Positions 40,165-48,347 of a stretch of 64,000 bases of DNA are shown here, in pieces (the first letter of the stretch is position 1; every line of letters begins with the position of its first letter). The stretch is taken from assembly GCA_043778225.1 (NCBI GenBank), contig JAYWGM010000063.1, positions 1 through 64,000 of the forward strand, given 5' to 3'. The notes under the pieces were generated by a model, which did no database searches, had not been told where the DNA came from, and saw only the letters and a list, made by a program, of their open reading frames with translations. A program made the position numbers and the translations under genes. The stretch comes from Deinococcales bacterium. GTDB lineage: Bacteria; Deinococcota; Deinococci; Deinococcales; JAAFIG01.

Positions 40165-43100
40165 TTAGACTTTAGCCAGTCCTAGTCTGCCTTCCTCGAG
40201 ACTGACCACAAAATCAGAAGATAGAGGAGAGCTAAACTCGAGAAAATCACAAAGCGTATCTTCGCGCAATGTGGCTTCCCACGCCTTAGCTGCCTCGAGC
40301 CAATCGCCGCTTAAATCTAAACGCAATGCAATACGATTAGAAACTTCGAGACCAGAATCCTTACGCCCTTGTTGCACTGCCCGTAGTAAATCTCGAGCCA
40401 AACCCTCGAGAATCAAATCCTTAGTCAGTTCCGTGGTGAATGCCACCAGCAAACCATCTTGTTCCACTGCCGCAAACCCTTCTGGCGATTTTGCATCCAC
40501 CAGCACATCGGCAGGCTCGAGAAGAAACGCACCATCAGCAGTCTCGAGCGTAAAATTCTGGTTCTTGTTGACACTTGAAACAATCGCGCTCGAGTCGCCT
40601 TGCAGCAGCGCTTCGCGGATGGCTGGGATATTTTTGCCGTACTTGCGCCCAAGGGTTGGCAGATTTGGCTTTAAGTTGTACGAAATTAAATTTGTGCCTT
40701 CCTCGAGCAATTTTACAGTTTTAACATTGAGTTCTTCGGCAATCGTACTCGTGAAGCGTTCCAGTGCCAGATTATCGGTACTTTCTCGCGCCCTAAGCAT
40801 GACTTCGGCTAATGGCTGACGCAGTTTTAGGTTTGCCTGTCCTCGAGCCGCCCGTCCTAAGTCTACGACCCGAATCACGGCTTGCATTTCGGACACCAGT
40901 TGAGCGTCAAAACGCGCTGCATTGAACTTTGGAAACTCGCACAGATGCACACTTTCTGGAGCGCTTGAATCCAAGCCAACCACCAAATTCTGATACAAAC
41001 TCTCGGACAAAAATGGCGTAAATGGCGCAGCCAATTTTGTGACCGTGACCAATGCCTCATACAAAGTTGCATAGGCACTCGAGTCCACAATTCCATCCTG
41101 AGTCCAGAAACGCCGACGATTACGGCGCACATACCAATTGCTCAGTTCATCCACAAATGCCTCGAGTGCTTTACCGCCTTTTCGCGCATCGTAATTATTC
41201 AGCGCTTCTGTAACTGTTTGCACCAGCCCTTCAAGCCTCGAGATGAGCCAACGGTCAATTTCTGGGCGAGTCTCGAGTGTGGGCGCAACCTTCAAATCTG
41301 GATTATCGAGGTTGGCGTACAGCACAAAAAAGCTGTACACATTCCAAAGCGTATTGATAAAGCCGCGCTGTCCTTCAGCAATTAAGCGCTCCGAGAAACG
41401 CTTGGTGTCGCCCGGTTCAGAACCCGTGAACATATACCAACGCACTGAGTCCGCGCCAAATTTATCAAAGGCTGGCAGAGGCTCGACCACATTGCCTTTG
41501 GATTTGGACATTTTCGCGCCTTTTTCGTCTACCAAATGCCCGAGGCAAATCACGTTTTTATAGACTGGCTGGTCATAAAGTAGCGTTCCAATGGCGTGCA
41601 AGCTGTAAAACCACCCTCGAGTCTGGTCAATCGCCTCACAAATGTAATCGGCTGGAAAGTGCTTCTCGAAGGTATCCAAAGTTTCTTTGCTGCGAGCCAC
41701 ACCGTCCGCATCCAGCAGTAAATGCCACTGGGCATACGGCATTGCCCCAGAATCAAACCAGACATCCAGCACTTCTGGGACTCGAGAAAATGTCTTGCCA
41801 TCTTTTATAAAAGTGGCATCATCAATGTACGGACGGTGTAAATCCTCATTCTCGAGTTCTTTGCCCATCAGGTTCTCGAGTTCCGCCACAGAACCAACGC
41901 AAACGTAATCACGTCCATCTTCAGAAACCCAAAAAGGAAGCGGCGAACCCCAATAGCGCTCACGGCTGATGCCCCAATCGACGTTGCCCTCGAGCCATTT
42001 ACCAAAGCGTCCATCCTTGATATGTTCTGGAATCCAATTGATTTCTTGGTTGGTCTCGGACATCCGCTTTGACATTTTTTCGGTGCGGATAAACCAACTT
42101 GGACGGGCAAAATATAAAATTGGGTCGCCAGTGCGGTCATGGAACGGATACCTGTGCTTGAGTGTTCCCGCGTGGTACATCAGACCGCGTTCGCGCATGG
42201 TTTTGATGAGACCCTTATCGGCATCCTTAAAAAACTTGCCACGCTCGTCGGTCACTTGCATGATGCCGTTGCCATTTGTGCCAAAACACAAGACGCAATC
42301 GTAAGATTTACCAACTTCTAAATCCTCTGCGCCGTAGACTGGGGCTTGGTGGGCTAAACCAGAGCCGTCTTCGTCGCCGACAAAATCGGCTAGGACGACG
42401 ATGTGCGCCCTTGGGTGAGACGAGTCCGCGCCAACCGTACCCGCTTTCCGACTCGAGAATTTATCTTTATTCAAACCGAGTTCTTCAAAAACTTCGGGGA
42501 ATGGCTGCTCGTACTGCCAAAAGTGCATCAGTTCGCCTTTGAAGGTGGCTAGAACCTCGAGGGGCGGGGCATCCTTATTCAGTTCTGAGATTCGAGTCAC
42601 AGCATTTTTGGCAATCACGATATGACCCATTGGGCTAGAACACAGCACATACTCGAGATTTGGATTGACGGCTGCCAAAGTGTTGCTCGGCAGTGTCCAA
42701 GGTGTGGTTGTCCAAACAATCAAGGCTGGCTGCTCGAGCTTGGTTAAATCCACGCCCTGCGCCTCGAGACTTGCCCTTAAATCTTGTGGGGTGGTCTCGA
42801 GCTTGACCGGCAGACGCACATAGACACTTGGGTCATCCACCATTTGGTAGCTGTTCTCATCGCCAAGTTCGGCTTTGGACAAGGTGCTGCCGATGCGCGG
42901 CGAAACCGGCACAACCTTAAAATCTCGCTCGACCAAACCTTTATCCCAGAGGCGCTTGAGTAAATTCCAAACCGATTCAATGTACTCGTTTTTATAGGTC
43001 ACATAGGCATTCTCGAGGTCTACCCACATCCCGAGGCGTTCGGTAAAATAATTCCAATCTAAAATGTTGCTAAAGACACTTTCACGGCACAAGCGGTTAA

Positions 43101-43452
43101 ATTCCTCGAGTTCGGCGCGGCTCGAGCCATGATTGCGCCCTTTCATACCCATTTTCTTTTCGACTGCAATTTCGACAGGCAGCCCGTGGGTGTCCCAGCC
43201 GCCTTTGCGGGTCACATGAAAACCATTCATGACCTTAAAACGTGGGAAAATATCTTTGAAGGCTCGAGCCAAAACATGGTGCATGGCGGGTTGCCCGTTG
43301 GCGGTTGGCGGACCTTCGTAAAACACAAATTCGCCAGATGGGGCGGGTTTGGATTCGGTTTGACCGAAAATATCTCGAGCCTTCCAGAACTCGAGAACGC
43401 GGGCTTCGACATCTTTGTAGCTGACTTGCGGGCTGACTTCGTTAAATTTCAT
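40165..43452 (-). CDS. ileS: Isoleucine--tRNA ligase (IleRS2 type)
   Basis: EGPPTANG, GWDTHGLP, WTTTPWTLP, ISRERYWG, DQTRGWF and KMSKS motifs; long C-terminus. Confidence 0.97.
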   Translation of the reverse strand: MKFNEVSPQVSYKDVEARVLEFWKARDIFGQTESKPAPSGEFVFYEGPPTANGQPAMHHVLARAFKDIFPRFKVMNGFHVTRKGGWDTHGLPVEIAVEKKMGMKGRNHGSSRAELEEFNRLCRESVFSNILDWNYFTERLGMWVDLENAYVTYKNEYIESVWNLLKRLWDKGLVERDFKVVPVSPRIGSTLSKAELGDENSYQMVDDPSVYVRLPVKLETTPQDLRASLEAQGVDLTKLEQPALIVWTTTPWTLPSNTLAAVNPNLEYVLCSSPMGHIVIAKNAVTRISELNKDAPPLEVLATFKGELMHFWQYEQPFPEVFEELGLNKDKFSSRKAGTVGADSSHPRAHIVVLADFVGDEDGSGLAHQAPVYGAEDLEVGKSYDCVLCFGTNGNGIMQVTDERGKFFKDADKGLIKTMRERGLMYHAGTLKHRYPFHDRTGDPILYFARPSWFIRTEKMSKRMSETNQEINWIPEHIKDGRFGKWLEGNVDWGISRERYWGSPLPFWVSEDGRDYVCVGSVAELENLMGKELENEDLHRPYIDDATFIKDGKTFSRVPEVLDVWFDSGAMPYAQWHLLLDADGVARSKETLDTFEKHFPADYICEAIDQTRGWFYSLHAIGTLLYDQPVYKNVICLGHLVDEKGAKMSKSKGNVVEPLPAFDKFGADSVRWYMFTGSEPGDTKRFSERLIAEGQRGFINTLWNVYSFFVLYANLDNPDLKVAPTLETRPEIDRWLISRLEGLVQTVTEALNNYDARKGGKALEAFVDELSNWYVRRNRRRFWTQDGIVDSSAYATLYEALVTVTKLAAPFTPFLSESLYQNLVVGLDSSAPESVHLCEFPKFNAARFDAQLVSEMQAVIRVVDLGRAARGQANLKLRQPLAEVMLRARESTDNLALERFTSTIAEELNVKTVKLLEEGTNLISYNLKPNLPTLGRKYGKNIPAIREALLQGDSSAIVSSVNKNQNFTLETADGAFLLEPADVLVDAKSPEGFAAVEQDGLLVAFTTELTKDLILEGLARDLLRAVQQGRKDSGLEVSNRIALRLDLSGDWLEAAKAWEATLREDTLCDFLEFSSPLSSDFVVSLEEGRLGLAKV

Positions 43453-43482
43453 AAGACCTCAGTTTGCATGAATTTGATTTTC

Positions 43483-43619
43483 GTAGGGACAGACTCCCGT
43501 GTCTGCCCTGTGAGACGATGTAATTTGGAATTTTCCTTTGAATTATTGTTTTTGTTTACCTTTTGGTTTATCTCGAGCAATGATTAGCTGGCAGGACGAA
43601 CACGGGGGTTCGTCCCTAT
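43483..43619. repeat. Inverted pair of GTAG-type REP-like palindromes
   Basis: GTAGGGACAGACTCCCGTGTCTGCCCT (+, 43483-43509) and ATAGGGACGAACCCCCGTGTTCGTCCTG (-, 43592-43619). Confidence 0.7.
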
Positions 43620-43696
43620 GGTTTTTTTGGTTTGAATTTTCGAGACATTGTGCATATCATTGATACAGCTATGTAAATTTGCTTTCATACTAAAAT

Positions 43697-44482
43697 CTAT
43701 CCTTGAAATCCGATGTTGTTTAGGTGCTGCTCGGCAACTTGACCAAGACATAAGCGAATTGTTGTGAAGAACGGTCTCCATTGATAATCTAAATAGCGAC
43801 TGATTAGGTTTAAGGTTACGTCACGGTTTGCAACTCGCCATTGTTTTTTATTGTGTTCTATATCTCTGAATATGATAAGTCGCTGTTGTGCAAGTCGGTC
43901 ACAGTTTAAGTTCAGTATTTTGATGGTGTTTTCAACTAATTCAAAAACACTGGTAAACTTGTTATCCTCTAAGTTAATGGTTTTACAGTGTTGTTCATTT
44001 GGCTCGAGGAATCCATTTGTTGGATTGAACTGAAATAAACAGGGTGATGGAATTATGGTTAATGGATTGAGAATAATGCCTTCGCAGTTTTTTGGTATTT
44101 TTCCAGCTTGTTCCATATGATTTTTATGCGAATCACAACTTAAATTTTCTTCCAATGGTGATAGAAAATTGGGAAGATTGGGATTGTCACCGCCATTACA
44201 AACCCCAATCATATTTGACCAAAGCAATGCCCAGTTTAGTGCCGAATCTGACGTATCTGACTTTGCATGAAAATGTTCTACTCGAGTCGTTAATGGTTCT
44301 GACGCTGAAATCTTGCATTCACAATAGGCACAGAGACCGTATTGGTCACTAATAATTTGGGTTCTAATGTTTTTATAAACATCTTCAAAATTCCTCAAAT
44401 CTTTCCAAGTGGCTTTTGGATTATTGCTTTCAAAGGCGGTTAATTCTTCTGGGGGAGTGGTATTTTTGAAAACTGGTTTCAT
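43697..44482 (-). CDS. HNH endonuclease, PtuB-like (Septu or retron type I-A effector)
   Basis: QYGLCAYCE, RVEHFHAKS, W.N....C.GG, SCD and TI.ILNLN motifs; ATGA-coupled to the ATPase. Confidence 0.85.
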   Translation of the reverse strand: MKPVFKNTTPPEELTAFESNNPKATWKDLRNFEDVYKNIRTQIISDQYGLCAYCECKISASEPLTTRVEHFHAKSDTSDSALNWALLWSNMIGVCNGGDNPNLPNFLSPLEENLSCDSHKNHMEQAGKIPKNCEGIILNPLTIIPSPCLFQFNPTNGFLEPNEQHCKTINLEDNKFTSVFELVENTIKILNLNCDRLAQQRLIIFRDIEHNKKQWRVANRDVTLNLISRYLDYQWRPFFTTIRLCLGQVAEQHLNNIGFQG

Positions 44483-45834
44483 TGATTCTGCTCCCAAATT
44501 CGGTTTTCAATAAATAAATCCGCTTCGAGTAAAGCAGGTTCTTCACCCAGATAACGTTGATCTAAAATAGTTCGCAATTCGATGGCTCGAGGCGAAGCCC
44601 ACTCATTTTTGAAAACAAGTTCTTGATATTCAAGCAGTTCTCGAGTTGCCATGTTTTTCTGAGGTCTTGGGTCAACTCCAAAAATGCGTTTTAGAATCCG
44701 ATTGGACTCTGCTCCTTCCGTACCAGAAGGGGTGAAAATTTGATTATTCTCAATAACTCGAATACATTCGGCGGGAACAGTTGATAACACTTGAGGGCTG
44801 TGGGTACTCACAATAAATTGAGTATTCGGAAAAGTACGTCGTAAATCCCCAAGAATTCGTTGCTGCCACATCGGATGCAAATGTAAATCTATTTCATCAA
44901 TAATCACAATGGCTTCTTGATGCAATGGGTTGATACCAGTAGCCTCAGATGGATTGGCTTGTGCCATCCGCAAAGATAAATCCATAGCCAGTGCCAGCAT
45001 GGTGCGGAAGCCATCACTAAGTTGTCCGAGCCTAAGGGTTTTGACTTCCCCATTTTCAAGTGTTTGATCTATGACAAATTGCAAGGGTTTAAGTTTGGTA
45101 CGTGGATTTGAAAAGCTGGGCAGCATGATTCTGATTGCTTCGCGCATGACTTTCAAATCAGGTAATTCATAGTTGAAATCCCTTAGTTCGCGCTGAGCAT
45201 GAAGCTCAAGCCGCTCAAGGTAATCAAAACGCTCGTAAATAGCGCGAAAATTGCTGGTTGCGCCAAACGCGCCTTCAAAAGCCTCGAAACGTCTAAATTG
45301 CTTGCGGAAGTCAGTACGGCGTTCAACCTCTGCCATAAATACCCTATTTGTACCGTAGTAACGAACCAGTGGGAGGGTGTAAGGTTTACCAGTTTTTTCT
45401 GCCTCCAGAAGACCAGAGATGAACTCATTAAAATTCTGCTTCAATTTAGCTATATCTTCTGGATTGCTAGCAGGTTTTCCTAGCTCCGCATCAAACTCAA
45501 ATTGGGGATAGACTTTTTTGACACTTTTGTCTTTGACTTTAATTGCTATTAACAGTGTTGAACCTTGAGTCGGCAAATATATTGATAATGAAATTTGCGC
45601 CAAGTCTGCACTTTGTTGATTCGTACCTATCTTAATGTCATTTGTGGTCATTGCTTTGCCATCGCGCTGAATCAAACCAGTTGCCATACGACTTAGGAGA
45701 AAATTTATTGCTTCAAGCACGGCTGTTTTTCCACCACCATTTTCAGATACAAAAACGGTTAATTTTGGATGGAACATGATCATTGCTTCTTGAAAACAAC
45801 GAAAAGTTGTTAGGTTTAGAGCTACTAGTTTCAT
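44479..45834 (-). CDS. ABC/AAA-type ATPase, PtuA-like
   Basis: Walker A ENGGGKT, signature LSDG, IDEIDLHLHP, STHSP and C-terminal EGAESNRILKRIFGVDPRP. Confidence 0.87.
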   Translation of the reverse strand: MKLVALNLTTFRCFQEAMIMFHPKLTVFVSENGGGKTAVLEAINFLLSRMATGLIQRDGKAMTTNDIKIGTNQQSADLAQISLSIYLPTQGSTLLIAIKVKDKSVKKVYPQFEFDAELGKPASNPEDIAKLKQNFNEFISGLLEAEKTGKPYTLPLVRYYGTNRVFMAEVERRTDFRKQFRRFEAFEGAFGATSNFRAIYERFDYLERLELHAQRELRDFNYELPDLKVMREAIRIMLPSFSNPRTKLKPLQFVIDQTLENGEVKTLRLGQLSDGFRTMLALAMDLSLRMAQANPSEATGINPLHQEAIVIIDEIDLHLHPMWQQRILGDLRRTFPNTQFIVSTHSPQVLSTVPAECIRVIENNQIFTPSGTEGAESNRILKRIFGVDPRPQKNMATRELLEYQELVFKNEWASPRAIELRTILDQRYLGEEPALLEADLFIENRIWEQNQ

Positions 45835-45878
45835 AAATCTCCATTATATTTTTGACTTTGCAGAATCTTGAGCAACAC

Positions 45879-46155
45879 AAAAACCCCAACAGACGCTTGT
45901 GCGTCATGCTGGGGCGCTAGTAATTGCGCGTTACCACCCAACTTCACTCGAGCCTTGCGGTTCTCGAGCCTTTATACCAACCATTGCGGATTGGTTTGCG
46001 CTGTATCGGGCGCACCCGAACGGTTCTACTCGAGAATAATTCTCTTTCTTCCATCTGCTCGGAGGTGATGTTGGCTCGAGTTCGTGTCCATCGGCGCTTT
46101 CACCGTCCGCCGTTCGCTGTTGGTCGTGTCTCGAGTTACGTCCTCGTCGTTGCGG
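45879..46155 (-). ncRNA. T-box riboswitch, Ile (AUC specifier), transcriptional type
   Basis: T-box AAGTTGGGTGGTAACGCG (45927-45944) with antiterminator partner CGCCCC; terminator CCCCAGCA...TGTTGGGG-T5; stem I AGCGA/GGTGAAAG elements; ATC specifier at 46067-46069. Confidence 0.9.
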
Positions 46156-46160
46156 CTATC

Positions 46161-46190
46161 AGTGTACGGACTCGAGGTAGGGCGTGTCAA
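46161..46190 (-). promoter_or_regulatory. Sigma70-type promoter of the T-box leader
   Basis: TTGACA-18-TACACT. Confidence 0.8.
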
Positions 46191-46206
46191 CGTGGTAGAA
46201 TGGCGT

Positions 46207-46788
46207 ATGCGTTCCGCACCTGTAAAAACAGCTTTGTCTTTTGACCAATTTCTCGAGTTCGAGATTTCCAGTCTTGAGCGCCATGAGTTCGTGGATGGTA
46301 ATCTGTTTGTTATGGCGGGTGGGACAGATAAACAAAATCATTTGATTGGCGAATTGTATATTTCGCTCAAAGCAGTGGCTCGAGCGGCTGGTTTTCGGGT
46401 TTATATGAGTGATGTGTTAATTCGCACCCCCGACGATGTGGGTTATTACCCTGACGTTTATGTGGCTCGAGATGAAATTGGCGATTCTCCTCGGGTTAAA
46501 CGTCATCCGATTGTGATTATTGAAGTCTTGTCTTCAAGTACCGAAATTTTTGACCGTGGTGAAAAATGGCACAACTATCAGACTATTCCAAGCCTCGAGC
46601 AGTATGTCTTGTTGTCGCAGTCTGAGCCACTTGCCGAAATGTACACAAGGCAAGCCGATGGTTCGTGGCGTTATCAATCATTTTCTGGTGCGTCGGTGCT
46701 TCATTTCTCGAGCCTCAATTTTGATTTGCCGCTTGAGTCTTTGTATACAGATTTACCTGCCAACGAAAACCAATCAACTCGAGCTTAA
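46207..46788 (+). CDS. Uma2 family (DUF820) endonuclease-like protein
   Basis: RHEFVDG..MAGG, YYPDV, IEVLSSST..FDRGEK...Y motifs. Confidence 0.9.
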   Translation: MRSAPVKTALSFDQFLEFEISSLERHEFVDGNLFVMAGGTDKQNHLIGELYISLKAVARAAGFRVYMSDVLIRTPDDVGYYPDVYVARDEIGDSPRVKRHPIVIIEVLSSSTEIFDRGEKWHNYQTIPSLEQYVLLSQSEPLAEMYTRQADGSWRYQSFSGASVLHFSSLNFDLPLESLYTDLPANENQSTRA

Positions 46789-46818
46789 CGTGTTCCCGAG
46801 TTGATTGGTTTTTGGTTT

Positions 46819-48303
46819 TTACTTGCCAATCAGGTTATCAAACCCAAACAGGTAATGCTGGGTATTGCGGTTTTTGCTGCTCATTTCTTTGGCTGTGCCT
46901 ATTTCGATGCGCTCTTTGACATCGGTGCTGACTAAACCAATTTCTTCGCCAGATTTTTGTGGGGCAGTTAAGCGCAAAGTCTTGACTCCGAGTATTGGCT
47001 CACTGCTTTGGGCGGAAGCCGCAAGGTTCGTGCTTTCGTGTGGAAATTTGTAATTGCTGGGGTCGCGCCACTCGCCTACTACATTTGTGCCAAGCGGATA
47101 AATCCAACCAGCCACATATAACCTGTTGCCATAAGCTGCGATTCCCATCGTGTGATCCATTGCTACGACATCTTGTTGCGTGCCAGTAAAATGAAACAGT
47201 TCGCGCTCGAGTTTTCCATCGAAGTTGTATTGTAGTAAGGCACTGTCGCCAAACTGATAATCGGCTTGGGTGTACTCTTGGAAACCAACTCGCCCACCAA
47301 GATAAACTTTATCGCCAATTACGCGCACCACTCGAGCGTTGTTGCGGTCATTGCGAACTCCAGCGTTATAGCGCCGCCCCCAGAGAACTTTGCCATTGGG
47401 GTCGAGCTTAAAAAGCTCGAGATAGGTTTGTGTGCCGTGGACATCGCTGGCGGCGTACAGATTGCCATTGGCATCCAAGTCAAGGTCGGAAATCGTGCTG
47501 CCACGGGTTTCTTGGGGCATTTCTTTTGCCCATAAAAACTCGAGTTTATCGTTGGCTACACCAAGTTTTAGGATTTGTCCGCGACCTGTGCGTCCGTTCC
47601 AACCGCCTAAATAAATGGTTGTTCCAGCTGGATTTGCCACTAAGCTAAATACGCGGTCATTGCTGCCGGGCGTTGGGTCTATGGTCAAGGCATCGAGTTG
47701 ATTGCCGTTGTTTGCGTCCAGAATACTGACCAGAATTTGGGCTTCGTCGCCAGCATCGCCGCCGCCACCCGCAACATAGACTCGGTTGCCAACTACGGTC
47801 ACACTCGAGGCATTGGTTGTGCCGTTGGCTTGATTTTTCCAATGTGGTCGCCAAGCTTTGCTCCATAGTATCTCGCCGTTGGCAGACAGTTTAACCACAA
47901 TTTGTGTCTGTGGTTCGGCATTGATTTTCCAAGCGGCTCGAGCCACCACATAGACACTGTTTTGGGCATCGGTGGCAATTGCACGGCTGGTTGCCCCATG
48001 GTCGCCATCAATGTAGCGCATTGGGGAGTCTAAGCCGGGTGTGCCAATGTTTTTTGCCCAGAGCAGTTCGCCGGTGGGCGATAATTTACTGACCAATAAA
48101 TCGCCGTAATACGAATCCACAAAACTTTTGGAAACCCCAACCGTCAGGGCATTGCCGCTCGAGTCTAACGCTAAGCCGTTCAGGACATCCGAGCTATTGC
48201 CGCCCCAGACGCGCTCAAGGCTTGGTTTTAGGGTGGTGGTTTGAGCAAAAGCAAAGATACATAGTCCAATGGCGAGGGTGGTGGTTTGAATAATTTTTTT
48301 CAT
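46819..48303 (-). CDS. Secreted beta-propeller repeat protein
   Basis: Signal peptide; repeated D..GN.Y / KL.P.G..LW blades; GGAGG RBS. Confidence 0.7.
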   Translation of the reverse strand: MKKIIQTTTLAIGLCIFAFAQTTTLKPSLERVWGGNSSDVLNGLALDSSGNALTVGVSKSFVDSYYGDLLVSKLSPTGELLWAKNIGTPGLDSPMRYIDGDHGATSRAIATDAQNSVYVVARAAWKINAEPQTQIVVKLSANGEILWSKAWRPHWKNQANGTTNASSVTVVGNRVYVAGGGGDAGDEAQILVSILDANNGNQLDALTIDPTPGSNDRVFSLVANPAGTTIYLGGWNGRTGRGQILKLGVANDKLEFLWAKEMPQETRGSTISDLDLDANGNLYAASDVHGTQTYLELFKLDPNGKVLWGRRYNAGVRNDRNNARVVRVIGDKVYLGGRVGFQEYTQADYQFGDSALLQYNFDGKLERELFHFTGTQQDVVAMDHTMGIAAYGNRLYVAGWIYPLGTNVVGEWRDPSNYKFPHESTNLAASAQSSEPILGVKTLRLTAPQKSGEEIGLVSTDVKERIEIGTAKEMSSKNRNTQHYLFGFDNLIGK

Positions 48304-48347
48304 GTTTCCTCCGACCTCAAGTATCGGGGAATGGTGTTATGTGGGTG

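Noticed and set aside
43697..46160. Complete retron (Ec78-like)
   Set aside because: No RT ORF (no YADD-type motif) nearby, and the upstream structured RNA is fully explained as a T-box
46084..46206. N-terminal extension of the Uma2 ORF
   Set aside because: It is antisense to the T-box and its promoter; the start is better placed at ATG 46207, after TAGAAT
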